A stretch of DNA of 63,450 nt from contig CAYJWU010000001.1 of assembly GCA_964374025.1 (NCBI GenBank), forward strand, positions 1 through 63,450. Direction: 5' to 3'. Under the pieces are notes generated by a model. It saw only the letters and a program-made list of their open reading frames with translations, was not told the origin of the DNA and ran no database searches. The stretch comes from an uncultured Candidatus Saccharibacteria bacterium (GTDB lineage: Bacteria; Patescibacteriota; Minisyncoccia; Spechtbacterales; HO2-43-30). Position numbers and translations under genes: made by a program. Of the stretch, positions 62,409 through 63,450 are shown in pieces. Position 1 is the stretch's first letter. Each line of letters opens with the position of its first letter.

Positions 62409-63450
62409 ATGTCTAGGATTCTATTCATAATAACGCAATCTGAAATTGGCGGCGCGCAGCGATATCTTTTGGAATTGGCCCCGTATCTTGCCTCGCAAGG
62501 ACACGAAGTACTGGTAGCGGCTGGCGAAGGTGATGGACCATTATTTACGGAGCTAGAATCAAGAATTATGAATCATGAATTAAGAACCTATAATATTCCA
62601 TATCTGGTTAGAAACTTAAATCCGTTTAGTGATGCAAGGGCATTATTTTCTATACTAGTAGTTCTAAAAAAAGAACAGCCAAACATCGTATTTCTCCAAA
62701 GTACAAAGGCGGGGTTCTTGGGTTCTCTTGCCGTAAAATTATTCATGATTCATAATTCAGGATTCATGATTCATGTGATATACCGCATCGGCGGCTGGTC
62801 CTTCAACGACCCGCGGCCATGGTGGATGAACAAAATACTTTTTTGGATGGAGAGAATCAGCGCGCCGTGGAAAAATATTATTATAGTAAATTCTGAATTG
62901 GATCGCAAAATCGCGATAGACAAAAAAATCGCGCCGCCAGAGAAGATCGTGAAGGTATATAATGGAATAGACGCGGATAAATTAAAATTTTTGACAAAGG
63001 AAGAGGCTAGGACAATTATCTTATCGAAGCTTTTTCGTAACCAGCCCTTCACTACCTCACCCCCTCCGGCTCCCCCTCTCCTTAGTAAGGAGAGGGGGAT
63101 GGGGGGTGAGGTATATGAATATGGCAAACTTTTGTTAGTAGGCGCAATCGCAAATCTTTACGCCACCAAAGGCATAAAATACCTGATAGAAGCTGCGCAT
63201 ATTTGTCAATTGTCAATTGTCAATTGTCCGCTGCTGTTTATCGTCATCGGCGAAGGCCCCGAGCGCTCAAAACTAGAGGCGCTAATAAAAAAATATAATC
63301 TCGGAGATAAGTTTTTCCTAGTCGGACGCATACCGAACGCATCACAATACCTAAAAGCATTTGATATATTTGTTTTGCCGTCGGTAAAGGAAGGATTTCC
63401 TTGGGTACTGCTTGAAGCAATGGCCGCGGAAGTTCCTATAATTGCGACAA
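62409..63450 (+). CDS. GT4 (GT-B) glycosyltransferase, 3' end truncated by the window edge (not in the supplied ORF track)
   Basis: Hand translation from the ATG at 62409 stays open to the window end: MSRILFIITQSEIGGAQRYLLELAPYL...VLPSVKEGFPWVLLEAMAAEVPIIAT. Confidence 0.8.
   Translation, partial: MSRILFIITQSEIGGAQRYLLELAPYLASQGHEVLVAAGEGDGPLFTELESRIMNHELRTYNIPYLVRNLNPFSDARALFSILVVLKKEQPNIVFLQSTKAGFLGSLAVKLFMIHNSGFMIHVIYRIGGWSFNDPRPWWMNKILFWMERISAPWKNIIIVNSELDRKIAIDKKIAPPEKIVKVYNGIDADKLKFLTKEEARTIILSKLFRNQPFTTSPPPAPPLLSKERGMGGEVYEYGKLLLVGAIANLYATKGIKYLIEAAHICQLSIVNCPLLFIVIGEGPERSKLEALIKKYNLGDKFFLVGRIPNASQYLKAFDIFVLPSVKEGFPWVLLEAMAAEVPIIAT
62564..62580. repeat. AATTATGAATCATGAAT, inverted partner of 62741-62757
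   Basis: Read directly. Encodes IMNHE in the GT4 frame. Confidence 0.85.
62741..62774. repeat. two direct copies of ATTCATGATTCAT separated by 8 nt
   Basis: Copies at 62741-62753 and 62762-62774. Encodes FMIHNSGFMIH. The first copy plus 4 nt is the exact reverse complement of 62564-62580. Confidence 0.85.
63054..63112. repeat. GC-rich compound hairpin element in-frame in the GT4 gene
   Basis: Inner perfect 13-bp arms CCCCCTCTCCTTA-G-TAAGGAGAGGGGG (63072-63098). Outer arms ACCTCACCCCC / GGGGGTGAGGT. Encodes TSPPPAPPLLSKERGMGGEV. Confidence 0.9.
63203..63228. repeat. tandem heptamer array (TTGTCAA x3 then TTGTC) in-frame in the GT4 gene
   Basis: Read directly. Encodes CQLSIVNC. Confidence 0.9.

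Noticed and set aside
62771-63127. 118-aa minus-strand ORF (..PPIPLSLLRRGGAGGGEV..)
   Set aside because: It is antisense to a clearly recognisable GT4 gene. It stays open only because the palindromic element reads similarly on both strands.

Overview
This is a densely packed 63.4-kb window, mostly minus-strand, AT-leaning by eye. No rRNA, tRNA or CRISPR array was recognised. All calls come from reading motifs in the supplied translations and the DNA; no database search was possible.

Left ~9 kb: secA, a ribosome hibernation factor, murB, an amidinotransferase-fold protein, a Nudix hydrolase and several small orphan genes. It also holds an IS200/RayT-type Y1 (HUH) transposase gene. That gene is bracketed by the same perfect palindrome it also carries in-frame.

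From ~10.7 kb to the right edge (~52 kb): one very large surface-glycan island. Its contents are:
- a WbaP-type initiating phosphoglycosyl transferase, a PglK/MsbA-type ABC exporter and a Wzy_C-TPR ligase/oligosaccharyltransferase-like protein;
- 3 GT2 genes, 6 GT4 genes (one a tandem fusion), an ArnT/PMT-like GT-C and 3 uncharacterised GT-B-like proteins;
- 9 SAM methyltransferases, 2 AsnB-type amidotransferases, a FemAB-like acyltransferase and 2 polysaccharide deacetylases;
- a nonulosonic-acid operon (NeuB/PseI-like synthase, DegT aminotransferase, cytidylyltransferase, formyltransferase, and a PseA/WbuX-HisH-HisF acetamidino module);
- a divergently transcribed block encoding an HpcH-type pyruvate aldolase, a KdsB-like CMP-transferase, a 2-hydroxyacid dehydrogenase, a HAD phosphatase and FkbM methyltransferases.

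The most unusual signal is at the DNA level. At least seven different short perfect or near-perfect palindromes and tandem heptamer arrays sit inside open reading frames without breaking them. The affected genes are secA, murB, the transposase itself, the ligase-like gene and several glycosyltransferases. This resembles the Rickettsia palindromic elements.

Gene style suggests a small-genome, possibly CPR/Patescibacteria-like organism. That is inference only.
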